This document shows, piece after piece, positions 18,786 to 20,000 of a stretch of DNA of 20,000 nucleotides. The notes beneath the pieces were generated by a model. It ran no database searches. It was not told where the DNA came from and worked only from the letters and a program-made list of their open reading frames with translations. Positions within the stretch are counted from its first letter, which is position 1; every line of letters begins with the position of its first letter. Where the stretch lies: the NCBI GenBank assembly GCA_000934665.2, contig KZ538487.1, forward strand, positions 46,807 through 66,806. Reading direction: 5' to 3'. Position numbers and translations under genes: made by a program. The DNA is from Catajapyx aquilonaris (Eukaryota).

Positions 18786-20000
18786 TAAAGGTGCGTCACC
18801 CACCCCACACCCCATCCTGCTGTTTCGGGCATTCTCGCAACGTCCTGGCAGCCTTCCCGCCGGCCGCTCAAGAGAAAGTAGGTTAGCGCAAGGTTGCCGT
18901 TTCCACCATCCATCCCTGGGTGCATGGTGGCCCCCGGGTGCGTGCGGGTGCTGTCAGGGTGCGGGTTGTCTCCCTGACCCGCATCTACCAGGCAGCACCG
19001 CCTGGGAGCCACCAGCTGACAGCGCCTCTCCGGAGAGGCGCCGGGAGCCGGAGTTGTGGCAACACTGCTAGCCGGTTACGTCACCGGTTACACCGAATCG
19101 CGCGGGTTGTTGCCCTCCGCTGCTTGATAACGTCGGCGGCGTTGTCACGTTTCAAAACCGAGGGGGTGGGGGTGGGAGGGGGAGGCGCACCTGTGAAACT
19201 GACTGGATCGATATAGCATCAGCGGGGGTGGGGCATACACGTGAGGGAACGGGAGGGGGGGGGGGTGTCTTCCCGGATCCCTCATTATTCAACCCAACGA
19301 CACATGTCCGGAAATCAACAAAACGTACCTGGTAATTATGCAATACAGTTATGGGAAAAACCCCAGTTGCACTTGCCCATTTTGAGTCGGCACGGCACTG
19401 TATTGATTTAGAGTTATGTTGCCGATATGGCCCGCGGGGTATTCACCTGCGGGCTAAATTCTTTGCAGTAATTTATGCGCGAATCAGCTGTTCGCTACTA
19501 ATGACAAGTGATTCGGCAGCGGGACCTGCTCCAGATGACGCCTCAGCTTTATTTTTAGGACAGCCCCAGGAAAACCATATGCAACGAAAAAATAAGTCGG
19601 CGTCCTATGCCTGCATAGTTGTGATCAATACCGTCGCTGTATAAATAAAACTGGCAGTGTTTGCATGGCACTGCACAATATCGTCATGTCAGTGTGTAAA
19701 GGCGCGTTTTTATCCTTCCCCGTACATCGATTTCCTGTCATTCTTCCTCCTCCCAGCCAACCCCCACTGACGAATCCGCCAATGGATGACACTAAAAGTG
19801 AATCAAACTGTCGCTTTTTGTCCGCTTCTTCCGTGTCCTACTTCCTGACCTTACCCCCTTTTTAGGCATTCAGTCCGCCCGGCCTGGCAACATTCAAACT
19901 TTAAATCCCTTGGAAAATCCGGACGCAATCGCTCCGACCTGTGTTGCGTCACCGCAGGTGAGGAGAGAAAGTGGGCAGGCAGGCAAGAGAAGGAAGTGAC

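Noticed and set aside
1..20000. CRISPR array, operon or other prokaryotic system
   Set aside because: No regularly spaced repeats or dense ORFs; spliceosomal introns, SINEs and MITEs show the DNA is eukaryotic.

Overview
Eukaryotic, most likely insect, genomic DNA from a draft assembly (N gap at 3200-3292). The only gene I can identify is the 5' end of a histidine decarboxylase (Hdc) gene on the minus strand. It has a CRE/CCAAT/TATA promoter (about 8950-8995), a 28-nt first coding exon (8809-8836) and a 173-nt second exon (6873-7045). I found no further exon, so intron 2 probably runs off the left edge. Positions 1-15,000 are AT-rich intron/intergenic DNA holding two TA-flanked Tc1/mariner-superfamily MITEs, a TTA-flanked PIF/Harbinger-like MITE, a tRNA-derived Talua-like SINE with a 14-bp TSD, a V-domain-like SINE relic, microsatellites and degraded TE fragments. 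This part also shows a clear excess of TA-NNN-TA words that look like DNA-transposon excision footprints. Positions 15,000-20,000 form a GC/CpG-richer block with G/C homopolymers, a 153-bp near-perfect palindrome and decayed ORFs I cannot identify. I found no convincing new biological system. The best leads are the footprint excess, the palindrome, the nested SINE/MITE and the unidentified right-hand block.
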